A stretch of DNA of 64,000 bases from Planctomycetota bacterium (GCA_013911165.1 JACETR010000006.1:4570-68569), one strand, 5' to 3'; shown: positions 46,310 through 59,017, counted from the first letter of the stretch. Program-made: numbers and translations. The notes: generated by a model from the letters alone, not told the origin.

Positions 46310-48109
46310 TCAGTCGTCGAGGTGGCCCACATCACTGTTCCCCATCTCGACTCCGCCTCCCGGGAAATACTCTTTCCAACGCTGGGTCACCGTGGCGGAA
46401 GTGTCCTCGTCACAGAAGAGTTCATCGGGATATCCCGGCTTCATTCGTGAATCGATGGCGACTGGCCCTCCATAGGAGATGTGATTTCGGCGAATCTCTC
46501 CGGATCGGGCATGAATGTCTGCAGCCGGTTCAAAACGGGTGAAGGTGGACCACAGGAATCGTGCTTCGGTGGCGGTGGCCGTCTTCGCATCATCGACCAG
46601 GATGACCAGTGGCCAGTCGTCCAGAGCTTTTGACTCGACCAGCCGTCGAGCAGCACCCGGCTCGTTTGCATAGTCCGGGCCATCCACCACCAGACAGCCC
46701 CGACAGAAGACCTCGGCATTTTCAAATCCCGCAGGCAACTCTCCCCTGAACTGACCCGGCAGGTCGCGAATCGGATCCCCCAGGCCCATCAGAAAACCTT
46801 TCGATCCCTCATTCACTTTGGGACCGGCGTAATCGAGGGTGTCCATGCTGGTGCAGCCAATGACATGCAGATCGGTCGCAAAATCGGTTCGGGCCAGAAC
46901 GTATTCGAGGGTCCCCGTGAAATCCTTGAGATCGACATTGCCATCAGTCATCAGCAGGAACTTGGTCAAGGACAGTTGTCCCTCTCCCAGAATCCGGAAT
47001 GCAGAAACCATCGCTTCTCTGGGGTAACGGTCCTTGACCACCGCCCCGGCAAGAGAGTGGTAACCGGTCTCTCCATACGACCAGAGGTCACGAACCGTCG
47101 GCATCACCAGAGGGAACAAGGGTGACAGCAACTCCTGCAGGAAATCGCCGAGGAAGAAATCTTCCTGACGCGGTTTGCCAACGACAGTCGCCGGATAAAT
47201 GGCATCGCGACGATGGGCAATCTCCCGAACCTTCATCACAGGGTATTCATGCTGCAGGGAGTAGTAGCCGTAGTGGTCACCGAAGGGCCCCTCGGGCCAG
47301 CGTTCTTTCGGCAGGGCATAACCGTGAATCGCAAACTCGCACTCTGCCACAAACGGATGGGCATTGTCCCCCGCCTGTGCCAGCTTGAGCGGTGCGTCCT
47401 GCAAGAGTGAGGCGAGTAGCAGTTCGGGAACATTCTCGGGCAGCGGAGCGATGGCGCTGGCGATGAGGGCAGGGGGGCCTCCGAGGAAGCAGGTCACGGG
47501 GAAAGGCTTTTCCAGACGCTCCGCTTCCATCAGGTGATAACCGCACCCCTTGTGAATCTGGAAGTGCAGACCGAGGTGCTCAGAGTCGTGGGCCTGCATC
47601 CGATACATACCCAGGTTGTGGCGACCATCCTCCGGGTGCTGGGTGTAGACCAGCGGCCACGTGATGAAGGGTCCCCCGTCCTCCGGCCAACTGGTGATGA
47701 TCGGCAGATCATCGAGGGACGCAGAACGGTTGCGCACCTCCAGTACCGGCCCGTGGGTTTTCCGACGCATGCCCACCTTGAAAGCGGCCGCTGCCAGATC
47801 ACGAGCCTCCCAGACTTTCTGGAAGGTCGGCGGCACGATGGTCTCCACGGTGTGGACCAGTTTTTTGAGGAAGTTCTGACCGTGGCGGCCAAAGCCCATT
47901 TCGACACGCCGGGCATTCCCGAACAAATTCATGACGAGTGGAAAGCGTGCACCTTTTGGATTGCGGAAGAGGATGGCCGGACCACCGGCGGCAATCACCC
48001 GACGGTGAATCTCTGCCACTTCCAATTTGGGGTCAACGGGAGCATCCACTTCCACCAGTTCCCCGGCGGAGCGAAGTTCATCAAGAAAGGTACGCAGGTT
48101 TCTGTGCAT
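46310..48109 (-). CDS. UbiD-family prFMN-dependent decarboxylase (menaquinone/futalosine-type)
   Basis: WPEDGGPFIT, NLGMYR, EGPFGDHYGYY, TVVGKPRQED, DTLDY. Confidence 0.9.
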   Translation of the reverse strand: MHRNLRTFLDELRSAGELVEVDAPVDPKLEVAEIHRRVIAAGGPAILFRNPKGARFPLVMNLFGNARRVEMGFGRHGQNFLKKLVHTVETIVPPTFQKVWEARDLAAAAFKVGMRRKTHGPVLEVRNRSASLDDLPIITSWPEDGGPFITWPLVYTQHPEDGRHNLGMYRMQAHDSEHLGLHFQIHKGCGYHLMEAERLEKPFPVTCFLGGPPALIASAIAPLPENVPELLLASLLQDAPLKLAQAGDNAHPFVAECEFAIHGYALPKERWPEGPFGDHYGYYSLQHEYPVMKVREIAHRRDAIYPATVVGKPRQEDFFLGDFLQELLSPLFPLVMPTVRDLWSYGETGYHSLAGAVVKDRYPREAMVSAFRILGEGQLSLTKFLLMTDGNVDLKDFTGTLEYVLARTDFATDLHVIGCTSMDTLDYAGPKVNEGSKGFLMGLGDPIRDLPGQFRGELPAGFENAEVFCRGCLVVDGPDYANEPGAARRLVESKALDDWPLVILVDDAKTATATEARFLWSTFTRFEPAADIHARSGEIRRNHISYGGPVAIDSRMKPGYPDELFCDEDTSATVTQRWKEYFPGGGVEMGNSDVGHLDD

Positions 48110-48196
48110 GGAGGACTCCCGGGTTCATCTGACCCTGACTCCATGATGCTGACCTGCAAAGGAGAAGGTGTCCAGTCCTTCAGAGGGGCTCCCTCT

Positions 48197-48349
48197 TCAG
48201 GATGAGCACTTCGGAAGGACCAGAATTCCTTCCATGCGATCCAATTTTATCTCCGCCCCATCATCTTCCACGCAATCGATCTGGCAATTCTCGAAGAGTT
48301 CGCCGGAGAGCTCCATGGAAAGGGCATGACGATATTGATCCACAGGCAT
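48197..48349 (-). CDS. Possible 50-aa acidic small protein
   Basis: MPVDQYRHALSMELSGELFENCQIDCVEDDGAEIKLDRMEGILVLPKCSS fills an otherwise empty gap of about 460 bp; weak RBS (GAGAG). Confidence 0.3.
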   Translation of the reverse strand: MPVDQYRHALSMELSGELFENCQIDCVEDDGAEIKLDRMEGILVLPKCSS

Positions 48350-48573
48350 GCCCGTCTCTCGTCCGACCGACACCCAAATTTTGGTGACAAAGCGATACCC
48401 ACGGATCATCGCCTGTAAACGGAGGGTTCGGACCAATTCGACGACGGGAAGCAAAGGACACACCTTTTCGGCCCAGTGATTCCCCCATGGAATCGGGCGG
48501 GCATGAAAGAGTGATCGGCCGTCTCTCAGCCGAAGTTGAGGATTTCCTTCAAATTGCCCTCAGCCCCGGGAAT

Positions 48574-51313
<2,740 letters not shown>

Positions 51314-51316
51314 TCC

Positions 51317-53182
51317 ATGGGAGCCATCGGACTGATTCTGGCAGCGGTTTTGTCGACGAACTCCATTGTCCCTGAGACCGCTTTTCAGGATTCACCGGCG
51401 GCGACCTATCTCATCGATCTGCAGGATATCTCCCGCCATCGCATCCACGTCGAGATGACCTGCGCCCGTAGCCCGATCGAGGATCTGGAAATCTGGATGC
51501 CGGTGTGGACTCCGGGCTCCTACAAGATCCGCGATTATGCGCGTCACATCGAAACCCTCTCTGCGATGGATGCATCCGGGAACGAAATCCCGGTCACCAA
51601 GATTCGCAAGAACACCTGGACCCTGGCTGCGGGTCCCGGTGGAACGGTTCGCCTGAGGTATACCCTCTATTGTCGATTGATGACCGTGCGCACCAATTTC
51701 GTGGAAAAAGACGGTGGGTTCCTCAATGGAGCCGCCACCTTCCTGCTCCCCCGAGGGGCTGACGGTCCATTTGATTTTGCTTTTGTCGACCTGCAACAGG
51801 CATCGGAGCTGGAAAAGATCTGCACCCTCCCCCGCCTCGGGAACCGCTGGCGTGCCGCCGATGTCGATACCCTGTGCGATTCACCGATTCTGATCGGCAA
51901 GCCACAGGTCTTGCCCTTTGTGGTCGAAGAAATTCCCCACGACCTGATTCATATGGGGGACACCTCCACCTGGGATATGGAGGGAAGCCGTGAAGCCATC
52001 GAATCCCTGACCCGGGAGATGGTTTCCTTCTGGGGAGAGATCCCCTACTCCCGCTACCAATTCATGAATGTCATCTCTGAAGCGGGGGGTGGTCTCGAGC
52101 ACAAGGACTGCACTTTGATGCTGACCAGCCGCTGGAGCTGGAAGGATGAGGATCGGCGCCGCGGCTGGTATGGCCTCGTCAGCCATGAACTTTTCCACGC
52201 CTGGAACGGCAAGCGACTGCGACCCGTTGCGCTCGGCCCCTTCGATTACGAGAAGGAAGTCCTGACTCCGGATCTGTGGATGGTCGAGGGATTTACCAGT
52301 TACTACGACGATCTCATCGTTGCCCGGGCGGGTCTCATGAACAGTGACCAGTACCTCGAACGACTCTCCGATCAGATCGAAGGCATCCGCAACTCCCCCG
52401 GACGACAGGTACGTCCCCTCTCCGAGGCGAGCACCGATGCCTGGATCCGCTATTACCAGCAGGACGAGAACGCCATCAACAGCCAGATCTCCTACTACAC
52501 CAAGGGGGCTCTCGTCGCCTGGCTCCTCGATGGCACCATTCGTGAAGCCAGCAACCATCAGCGCAGCCTCGACGACGCCATGCGCCTGGCCTTCCAGCGA
52601 TACTCGGGAGAAGCGGGCTACACTCCAGAACAACTGCGAGAGGTCTTCGAAGAGGTCGCCGGCCAATCTCTCTCCGACTTCTTTTCACGCTACATCGACG
52701 GCACGGACGATCTGGACTACGCAGTCGTTCTGAGAACCTTTGGACTTCGCTTTGACATCCCGGAGGACGAAGAAGATGACGAGGAAGAAGAAGCGGAAAA
52801 GGGCTGGCTTGGCATCGATGCCCGCGATCGCTCCGGTCGCTGGGTTGTTTCAGAGGTCCGACGCGGAACCCCTGCTTACGAAGCCGGGCTCAACGTGGGT
52901 GATGAGATCATCGCCCTCGATGCCTTCCGGGCCTCAGCCGGTTCCTGGTCCAATATCTGTCGGCAGTATTTACCGGGCAGTCAAGCAACCCTGACCATCG
53001 CCCGTCGCGGACGTATCGAGACTCTGAGCGTCGAGTTCACCGCCGAGCCGAAGGACCTGTGGAACCTGAAAATCGACGAGGAGGCCCCCGAAGAGGTCGC
53101 TCAGCGTCGTGCAGCATGGTGGGGCAAGGCCGAGCCTGAAAAGAAGGAAGAAGAATCCCCCGAGGACAAGACCGGGGACTGA
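51317..53182 (+). CDS. M61 glycyl aminopeptidase family protein with PDZ domain
   Basis: MPVWTPGSY, GGGLEH, SHELFHAWNGKRLRP, LWMVEGFTSYY, SYYTKG, PAYEAGLNVGDEI. Confidence 0.92.
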   Translation: MGAIGLILAAVLSTNSIVPETAFQDSPAATYLIDLQDISRHRIHVEMTCARSPIEDLEIWMPVWTPGSYKIRDYARHIETLSAMDASGNEIPVTKIRKNTWTLAAGPGGTVRLRYTLYCRLMTVRTNFVEKDGGFLNGAATFLLPRGADGPFDFAFVDLQQASELEKICTLPRLGNRWRAADVDTLCDSPILIGKPQVLPFVVEEIPHDLIHMGDTSTWDMEGSREAIESLTREMVSFWGEIPYSRYQFMNVISEAGGGLEHKDCTLMLTSRWSWKDEDRRRGWYGLVSHELFHAWNGKRLRPVALGPFDYEKEVLTPDLWMVEGFTSYYDDLIVARAGLMNSDQYLERLSDQIEGIRNSPGRQVRPLSEASTDAWIRYYQQDENAINSQISYYTKGALVAWLLDGTIREASNHQRSLDDAMRLAFQRYSGEAGYTPEQLREVFEEVAGQSLSDFFSRYIDGTDDLDYAVVLRTFGLRFDIPEDEEDDEEEEAEKGWLGIDARDRSGRWVVSEVRRGTPAYEAGLNVGDEIIALDAFRASAGSWSNICRQYLPGSQATLTIARRGRIETLSVEFTAEPKDLWNLKIDEEAPEEVAQRRAAWWGKAEPEKKEEESPEDKTGD

Positions 53183-53341
53183 CTCTTTCTTTACCCGGCC
53201 ATTGGATTTCCCGATTGGCCGATTCTCTCCCACCATCCTAATCTCCTTATGGAGCGGTATGGCAATTCCACGTCCGCCCAGACCCACGCACGCCTTGCGT
53301 GCCCACGGAGCCCGCCTGTTCCGAAATCCCAGGAGGTCGCT

Positions 53342-53749
53342 TTGAACACCATGACTGAAAGTTTTACCACCCGGAAAGAATTCGTGCGTCTTCACGCCGA
53401 GTTCCCGGTGCGCTACAAGTTTCTTTCCAAAGAGGTCGAAATCCAGGAAGACGCCATCTTCGAGGGCATCACCGCTCGCATGGGCGGGGATGGACTCCTT
53501 CTTCACGGCAAGATTCCCAGCTTCAACTGGATCCCCGCCCTGTTGATGGGAAAGATCCACATCGGCGTCAATCTGCTGATCCCATCCCTCGACACCGCCA
53601 TCAAATGCCTGTGTCAGGTCGCATGGATCGAAGAGATCACCGAAAACAAGGATCGCTGCAGCCTCGGCCTGCGCTTCCTCGAAATCTCCAAGGAAGATCA
53701 GGACCAGGTGATGAAATACCTGATCCGCTCTCAGGTACGGAAGTCCTGA
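53342..53749 (+). CDS. Single-domain PilZ-like protein
   Basis: RKEFVR..FPVRY, CQVAW, LGLRFLEISKEDQDQVMKY; AGGAGG before TTG 53342. Confidence 0.75.
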   Translation: MNTMTESFTTRKEFVRLHAEFPVRYKFLSKEVEIQEDAIFEGITARMGGDGLLLHGKIPSFNWIPALLMGKIHIGVNLLIPSLDTAIKCLCQVAWIEEITENKDRCSLGLRFLEISKEDQDQVMKYLIRSQVRKS

Positions 53750-53764
53750 AGCCACTCGACAGCA

Positions 53765-53809
53765 AACAAAAAACCCCTCCGGGCCCATGGCCCGGAGGGG
53801 TTTTTTGTT
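53765..53809. terminator. Rho-independent terminator (symmetric A/T flanks)
   Basis: AACAAAAAACCCCTCCGGGCC-CAT-GGCCCGGAGGGGTTTTTTGTT perfect inverted repeat. Confidence 0.9.
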
Positions 53810-53848
53810 GAACAATCTATGTGTCGCTTCTAGCCAACTTCTCCCTTT

Positions 53849-55483
53849 ATGACTGAGGATTACTTCTTGCCTGCACTCGGCACTTTTTTTCTGGCTCTGA
53901 TTCTTTGGAACCTGACTCCTGATCTTCAGGAGATTCTGGGGCTGAATGGTTGGGGTTCGACCGATTGGGGAGTGGTGCGGTGGGTGTGGCCTCTGGTTTC
54001 ATTGGTTCTGATGCCCGCTTTGGTCAGTGGATTACTCCTTTGGCCCGATTCGTTGGGCCGCCCGGGCAAGAGACCGCTGACACGGCAACGGTGGGTTCGG
54101 GCCCAGATCTCGGGATCTCTGACTTCCCTGTTCGCCTGGGGCGCCTCTCTGTTGGCCTTTGACTGGCCGGGAACCGTCGCTTCTGTCATTCCGAGCAGCG
54201 CCTACGGCGTGACGATGCTGCTGGCGTGTCTTCCGCTGCTGGCAGGGCTCGCCCTTTTGTCCCTTCCGCAAGGCCGTGCCTCCGGTATCTCCAGTGCCTC
54301 TGGCCAGCGTGCTGAAATGTGGAGAGTCCTGCGACCCAACCTGATCGTGTTGATGCCCTTTGCTGTGATTCAGGGTTTGGAAGAGTGGACCCGCCTCAAC
54401 CCGGACCTGTTTCTGGCTCTCCCATCGCCCGCTCAATTCTTTCTCATCGGCCTTCCCGTACTGCTGATTCTTGGCCTGGCACCCTGGCTCTTTGAGAAGA
54501 TCCTGAAGAGCACTCCACTGCCTGTCGGATCGATGAAGGATCGCTTTCTTGCCCTGTGCCAAAAATCCGGCCTGCGGGATGTCCAGCCGAAGATCTGGCA
54601 AACCGGCCAGCGGCCGATGGCCAATGCCATGATGACCGGACTCCTCCCCTACCAGCGCAGGGTCTTCATGACCGATGTCCTTCTCGACTCGCTAAGCGAA
54701 GACGAGCAGGATGCGGTCCTCGCCCATGAGTTGGCCCATGCCCGCAGGTTTCACCTGTGGATCTACCTGCTCTTTTGTGGTGCCGTGATTTTGTGGGCGT
54801 GGCTGGCAGATGCATGGCTTGCTGATCTCTTCCACGAAGACGTCGTTTTGTGGATCACGCCATGCCTGTTTCTCATCCTGTTTTTCTTTGGTTTCCGCAA
54901 GCTCTCACACCATATGGAACATGAAGCGGATCTCTACAGTGAGTCTCTCTGTGAAAAACCGGGTTCCATCATTCAGGCCCTGCTGAGATTGCGGCGTCAC
55001 AATCCCCAGTCCCTTGAAAAATCCAGTTGGCGACACCCTTCCACTCTGCAACGAATCCGCATTCTCCACGCCCATCGTGGAGATCCGGTTTTTCGACAGC
55101 GCTTTGATGGCAAGGGTCGCTGGATTCGGCGACTGATCCTGGTCGCTCTGGTCGGCGGAGGGGGCCTGATAAGCTGGCAATCCTGGCATGCTCCGCAGGT
55201 CCCAGAGTGGCAGGTAACAGCAGAAGAAGCGATCGACCACCTTCTCGCCTTCCAGGAACGGGGTCAGCGCCCCAATAACGAACCAGCCCGTATGCGCGAG
55301 CTGATCCTCGCTACCGAAGAGCGACTCGTGCAATCGGTCACAGAACTGCGCACACTCGACCCGAAGCATCCCAGTCTCTCTGCCCTGCTTCTGCAGTTGG
55401 CGGAGATCTACGACCAACTGGACCAGCCATGGAGTGCCCTCGCCTGCCGGCTGCAGGCGAGACAGATTCCCGTTTCGGAATAA
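53849..55483 (+). CDS. M48 (Ste24/HtpX-like) membrane zinc metalloprotease
   Basis: Multi-TM; ANAMMTG, VLAHELAH, EHEAD, WRHPSTLQRI. Confidence 0.88.
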   Translation: MTEDYFLPALGTFFLALILWNLTPDLQEILGLNGWGSTDWGVVRWVWPLVSLVLMPALVSGLLLWPDSLGRPGKRPLTRQRWVRAQISGSLTSLFAWGASLLAFDWPGTVASVIPSSAYGVTMLLACLPLLAGLALLSLPQGRASGISSASGQRAEMWRVLRPNLIVLMPFAVIQGLEEWTRLNPDLFLALPSPAQFFLIGLPVLLILGLAPWLFEKILKSTPLPVGSMKDRFLALCQKSGLRDVQPKIWQTGQRPMANAMMTGLLPYQRRVFMTDVLLDSLSEDEQDAVLAHELAHARRFHLWIYLLFCGAVILWAWLADAWLADLFHEDVVLWITPCLFLILFFFGFRKLSHHMEHEADLYSESLCEKPGSIIQALLRLRRHNPQSLEKSSWRHPSTLQRIRILHAHRGDPVFRQRFDGKGRWIRRLILVALVGGGGLISWQSWHAPQVPEWQVTAEEAIDHLLAFQERGQRPNNEPARMRELILATEERLVQSVTELRTLDPKHPSLSALLLQLAEIYDQLDQPWSALACRLQARQIPVSE

Positions 55484-55518
55484 AAAAGGCCCGTCGCTCA
55501 CTGAGCGACGGGCCTTTT
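55484..55518. terminator. Bidirectional terminator between the convergent M48 and VWA genes
   Basis: AAAAGGCCCGTCGCTC-ACT-GAGCGACGGGCCTTTT. Confidence 0.88.
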
Positions 55519-55538
55519 CTTTGCGGTCTTCGACTCGA

Positions 55539-56255
55539 TCAATTGGCGAAGACGTAGAAGCTGCCGAAGTTCTGGGCTGCGAGGAGCTGCATGAAACTGA
55601 TGCCTTCGGAGTCATCGTTGATGTAGATGGTATGGATCGGAACCTGCTGCCAGTTGGCAGAAGTGATCTCCGAAAGGGCTATGTTCGAAGTGTCGACACT
55701 GTCGCAGGTCGGAACCCCATCACTCAGAATGATCATTTGGCGCGAAGGCTTGCTCGATTGATTGCAGATCTGCAATGTTGTAATTGCAGCCGGCGACAAG
55801 CAGGTCCAACCGTCCGGAACCAGAGTGTTGACCCATGCGATCGCCGCAGCCTTGTTGGCAGAGGTGGCCCGCTTCGGTTGTGGAGACCAGGTCACAGTAT
55901 TGGAACTGAAAGATACCAGGCTGAATTCGGCCTCAGGGCTGAGGGAATTGACGGAAGCGGTGACCTCCTGCTTGAGGTCTTCCATGGCTCCCCCCCAGTC
56001 CATCGAACCGGACTTGTCGAGGCACCAGAAGAAGGCATCACCCTCGTAACCATTGCCGTAAAAGAGGATCGTCTCCGGAGCATCCTCTTCATCATCGGCA
56101 GAACCTCCACCTCCTGAAGGCAGGTCGAGGGGTCGGGATCGACCCTCCGGTTGCTCGAGGGAATGGGCGGTGAGCCCCATCGATCCGAGCAGGAACAGAG
56201 TCATGAAACAAATGGCCCATCCTCGCAGGGGGCCAGGGGACATCATGGAGGACAT
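55539..56255 (-). CDS. Secreted single-domain VWA protein (paralog 1)
   Basis: Signal peptide; MIDAS LDKSGSM, GWT, LSDGVP; GGAGG before ATG 56255. Confidence 0.85.
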   Translation of the reverse strand: MSSMMSPGPLRGWAICFMTLFLLGSMGLTAHSLEQPEGRSRPLDLPSGGGGSADDEEDAPETILFYGNGYEGDAFFWCLDKSGSMDWGGAMEDLKQEVTASVNSLSPEAEFSLVSFSSNTVTWSPQPKRATSANKAAAIAWVNTLVPDGWTCLSPAAITTLQICNQSSKPSRQMIILSDGVPTCDSVDTSNIALSEITSANWQQVPIHTIYINDDSEGISFMQLLAAQNFGSFYVFAN

Positions 56256-56458
56256 CGGGTCCCTCCCTCTCTCTCCGAAACTAGTCTGACGATTGCCGGA
56301 GCGGACCCAGAGGGGAGATCCCCAGCGGATCACGCTGCCGTGACAGTCCTTTCTGTCAGAGAAGTTTCGCCCCAAACCGCGGAATCAGCCCACTTTGAGA
56401 GGAAGTTGACAGGCACAGGAGTTGCCCTGAGAGAAAAGTTGGGGAATTTGTTCCGGCT

Positions 56459-57415
56459 TCAGGAAAGTTCGGAATAGAGGGACTGATGTTTCTGGAACAT
56501 CAATTCGAGCTCCTGGCGATCAGGAAGGCCCACGATGGCTCCCGGTTTCTGACTGACGAGAGCCCCCACCATGCTTCCACGGATCAATTGATCGCGCAGG
56601 GACAACCCGTCAAGACCCGCATCGATACACCCGGCGATAAAGCCGTCACCACAGCCGGTGGCATCCACCTCCTGTACCGAAGGGGCAGGCAAGGATCCGG
56701 CCCCTTCGCTGTCGACCCAGACCAGCCCATCCTCACCGCGGGTGACGACCACTGCTTGTGCCCCCATTTGCCTGAATCTATCGGCAGCGGTTGTGGCTTC
56801 CGATTCGCCGGTCAGGGCCAGTGCTTCCTGTTCGTTGGGTGTGAAGAGATCCACGTGCGGAAGCAAGGCCTCCAGTTCCTCCATCAATGACCGGCCGGGA
56901 ATTCGAATGATATCGAGAATCACCCGGGTTCCACCGGCCCTTGCGGCTTTGAACCAGGCCACCAGTTCATCAAGATGGGGACGGTCTGCCAATCCATGGG
57001 CATGAACCGAAATCACGGCAGCGTCATCCAGAAGGTTTTTGGAAACCTGTTGTGGCCAATCCCCATCATTGGCACCGGTATCGGAGATAAATCGGCGATC
57101 TTCCCCTTCGGTGTTGATGACAAAGGTGCTCCCGGTGCGATGCCCAGCACGAACCTGGAAATGATCCAGATGGACCCCCTCCTTCTGCAGGGCATCCTTG
57201 AGGAAATGGCCGAAGGGATCAGCCCCCACCGCACCGCAAAGGTGTACTTCCCTTCCGAGGCGCGCCAATCCGGTCGCACTGTTGGCGGCGCATCCTCCTA
57301 TGTGCAGGGTGATCTCGGGAGAGCGAGCAGACCCTCCTGGTGCGGGCAGGGAAGTGACGGGCAGCGCGACCAGATCGGCGACGACCGCTCCCAAACAGAT
57401 CACTTTGCTTCCCAT
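56459..57415 (-). CDS. PfkB family carbohydrate kinase
   Basis: GGCAANSA, GAVGADPFG, FTPNEQEA, VTRGEDG, DATGCGDGF; GGAGG before ATG 57415. Confidence 0.92.
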   Translation of the reverse strand: MGSKVICLGAVVADLVALPVTSLPAPGGSARSPEITLHIGGCAANSATGLARLGREVHLCGAVGADPFGHFLKDALQKEGVHLDHFQVRAGHRTGSTFVINTEGEDRRFISDTGANDGDWPQQVSKNLLDDAAVISVHAHGLADRPHLDELVAWFKAARAGGTRVILDIIRIPGRSLMEELEALLPHVDLFTPNEQEALALTGESEATTAADRFRQMGAQAVVVTRGEDGLVWVDSEGAGSLPAPSVQEVDATGCGDGFIAGCIDAGLDGLSLRDQLIRGSMVGALVSQKPGAIVGLPDRQELELMFQKHQSLYSELS

Positions 57416-57438
57416 TCCACCTCCCAAATTCACTTCAC

Positions 57439-57476
57439 AAAAAAGGGTCGAAGCCCGAGGCGGACTTCGACCCTTT
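57439..57476 (-). terminator. Rho-independent terminator after VWA paralog 2
   Basis: Minus strand AAAGGGTCGAAGTCCG-CCT-CGGGCTTCGACCCTTTTTT. Confidence 0.82.
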
Positions 57477-57495
57477 GCAGAACTTCTGATCCGCC

Positions 57496-58176
57496 TTACT
57501 GGGGCTGGTAGAAGGTTCCGTTGTTCTGGGCAGCGAGCTGCTGCATGAACTGGATGCCTCCCGAATCGGAAGCGATGTAGATGGTGTTCACCGGAATCTG
57601 CTGCCAGTTGGCGGCGGCGACATCGGTGAGGCACTGCGACGCCGTATTGGTGCCGTTGCAGTAGGGCTCACCGTCGGAGAGCACGAGCATCTGCTTCATG
57701 GCTTTCGAAGACTGGTTGGCAATGTTGAGTGTTTCCACGGCCGCGGGACCCAGGCAGGTCCAGCCGGCGGCGTTCAGACTCAGCACCCACGCGGTGGCCG
57801 CACCCTTGTTGGCGGGGTTGGCACGCTGGGGCATGGGGTTCCAGACGATATGGCCTTCCGAGAAAGCCACCACTCCGAACTCTGCTTGCGAAGAGAGGGA
57901 GTTGAGAGTCTGGGTGAACTCCTGCTTGAGATCCTCGATCTCACCGTTCCAGCTCATGGAGCAAGACTTGTCGAGGCACCAGAAGAAGGCGTCGCCTTCA
58001 TACTCGCCTCCCCAGAAGTTGATGGTCTCCGGGGCGTCTTCTTCATCGTCTCCGTCTCCCGCTCCTCCGGAAGGAAGATCGAGGGGGCGACGGGCACCAT
58101 CGGGAGACTGGGCAGTCATCCAACCAGCGGTGGTCACCACAAAAAGAAACGCAAAAATGAGGGTCAGGATACGCAT
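57496..58176 (-). CDS. Secreted single-domain VWA protein (paralog 2)
   Basis: Signal peptide MRILTLIF..; LDKSCSM, GWT, LSDGEP; GAGG RBS. Confidence 0.85.
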   Translation of the reverse strand: MRILTLIFAFLFVVTTAGWMTAQSPDGARRPLDLPSGGAGDGDDEEDAPETINFWGGEYEGDAFFWCLDKSCSMSWNGEIEDLKQEFTQTLNSLSSQAEFGVVAFSEGHIVWNPMPQRANPANKGAATAWVLSLNAAGWTCLGPAAVETLNIANQSSKAMKQMLVLSDGEPYCNGTNTASQCLTDVAAANWQQIPVNTIYIASDSGGIQFMQQLAAQNNGTFYQPQ

Positions 58177-58471
58177 GACGTTCCTCTCTCTTGATGCTGG
58201 CAAAGCCAGCTTGGGCTCTGAACGGGTCAACCATTCCTTCCCTGGTCTCAACTGCCCCTGAACCGTCTCAAAAGGCAGATATCCCCGGAAAATATGGTTT
58301 CTCAATGAGTAGGACGGTCTTCCGGTGGTGATCCCTCGCGGAATTTCCACACTTTTTGAAATCCTTCTCCACTCACGAGATCTCCATTGTTCATCAGAAA
58401 GGGGTGAATTTGTAGTCCTTTCTCGGCCCGGGATCGGGGTTTATGGTGATTCTGAAAGGCGGTTTTGACCG

Positions 58472-59017
58472 ATGAATTCCCCCAAAATGCCCGCAATTGG
58501 CGTCCTGACCATCTCTGACAGGGCCTTCAGAGGGGTCTACGAGGACAAGGGCGGCCCCGAAGTCCGCCGCTGGCTCGAGCCCCGGATCCCCTCTTCCCCC
58601 CCTTTTGAAATGCGTATCGTCTCGGATGAGCGGGATCTGATCCGTGAGGCCATCGAGGAAATGTCCGAAATTTGCTGTCTCGTCATCACCACGGGCGGAA
58701 CCGGTTTCGGTCCGCGGGACGTCACTCCCGAAGCCACCGCCGACGCCTGTGAGGTGCTGATCCCGGGATTTGGCGAAAAAATGCGTGCGAAAACATGGGA
58801 TCGGGTCCCTACCGCGATTCTATCCCGTGCCATCGCCGGTCGCCGGGGAACCTGCCTCGTCATCAATCTGCCCGGAAACCCGAAAGCCATCGCTGAATGC
58901 CTGGAAGAGATCTGGCCGGCGATTCCCCACGCCATCGAAACTGCAGGGGGTCCGGATATCGAAGCGGAGGGTGCCGCCCCGGCTCCTCACGATCCGCCGG
59001 AAAAGAGCTGTCCGTAA
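58472..59017 (+). CDS. mog: Molybdopterin adenylyltransferase
   Basis: LTISDRA..YEDKGG, TTGGTGFGPRDVTPEA, AILSR, NLPGNP. Confidence 0.92.
   Translation: MNSPKMPAIGVLTISDRAFRGVYEDKGGPEVRRWLEPRIPSSPPFEMRIVSDERDLIREAIEEMSEICCLVITTGGTGFGPRDVTPEATADACEVLIPGFGEKMRAKTWDRVPTAILSRAIAGRRGTCLVINLPGNPKAIAECLEEIWPAIPHAIETAGGPDIEAEGAAPAPHDPPEKSCP

Noticed and set aside
58177-58471. Possible Moco or c-di-GMP riboswitch between VWA paralog 2 and mog
   Set aside because: Only a GCTGGCAAAGCCAGC hairpin; consensus elements were not recognised. An Infernal search would be needed.
56256-58471. 10-mer AGAAAGGACT shared by both VWA upstream regions
   Set aside because: A single 10-mer between two regions of 200-300 bp is compatible with chance, and the distances to the start differ
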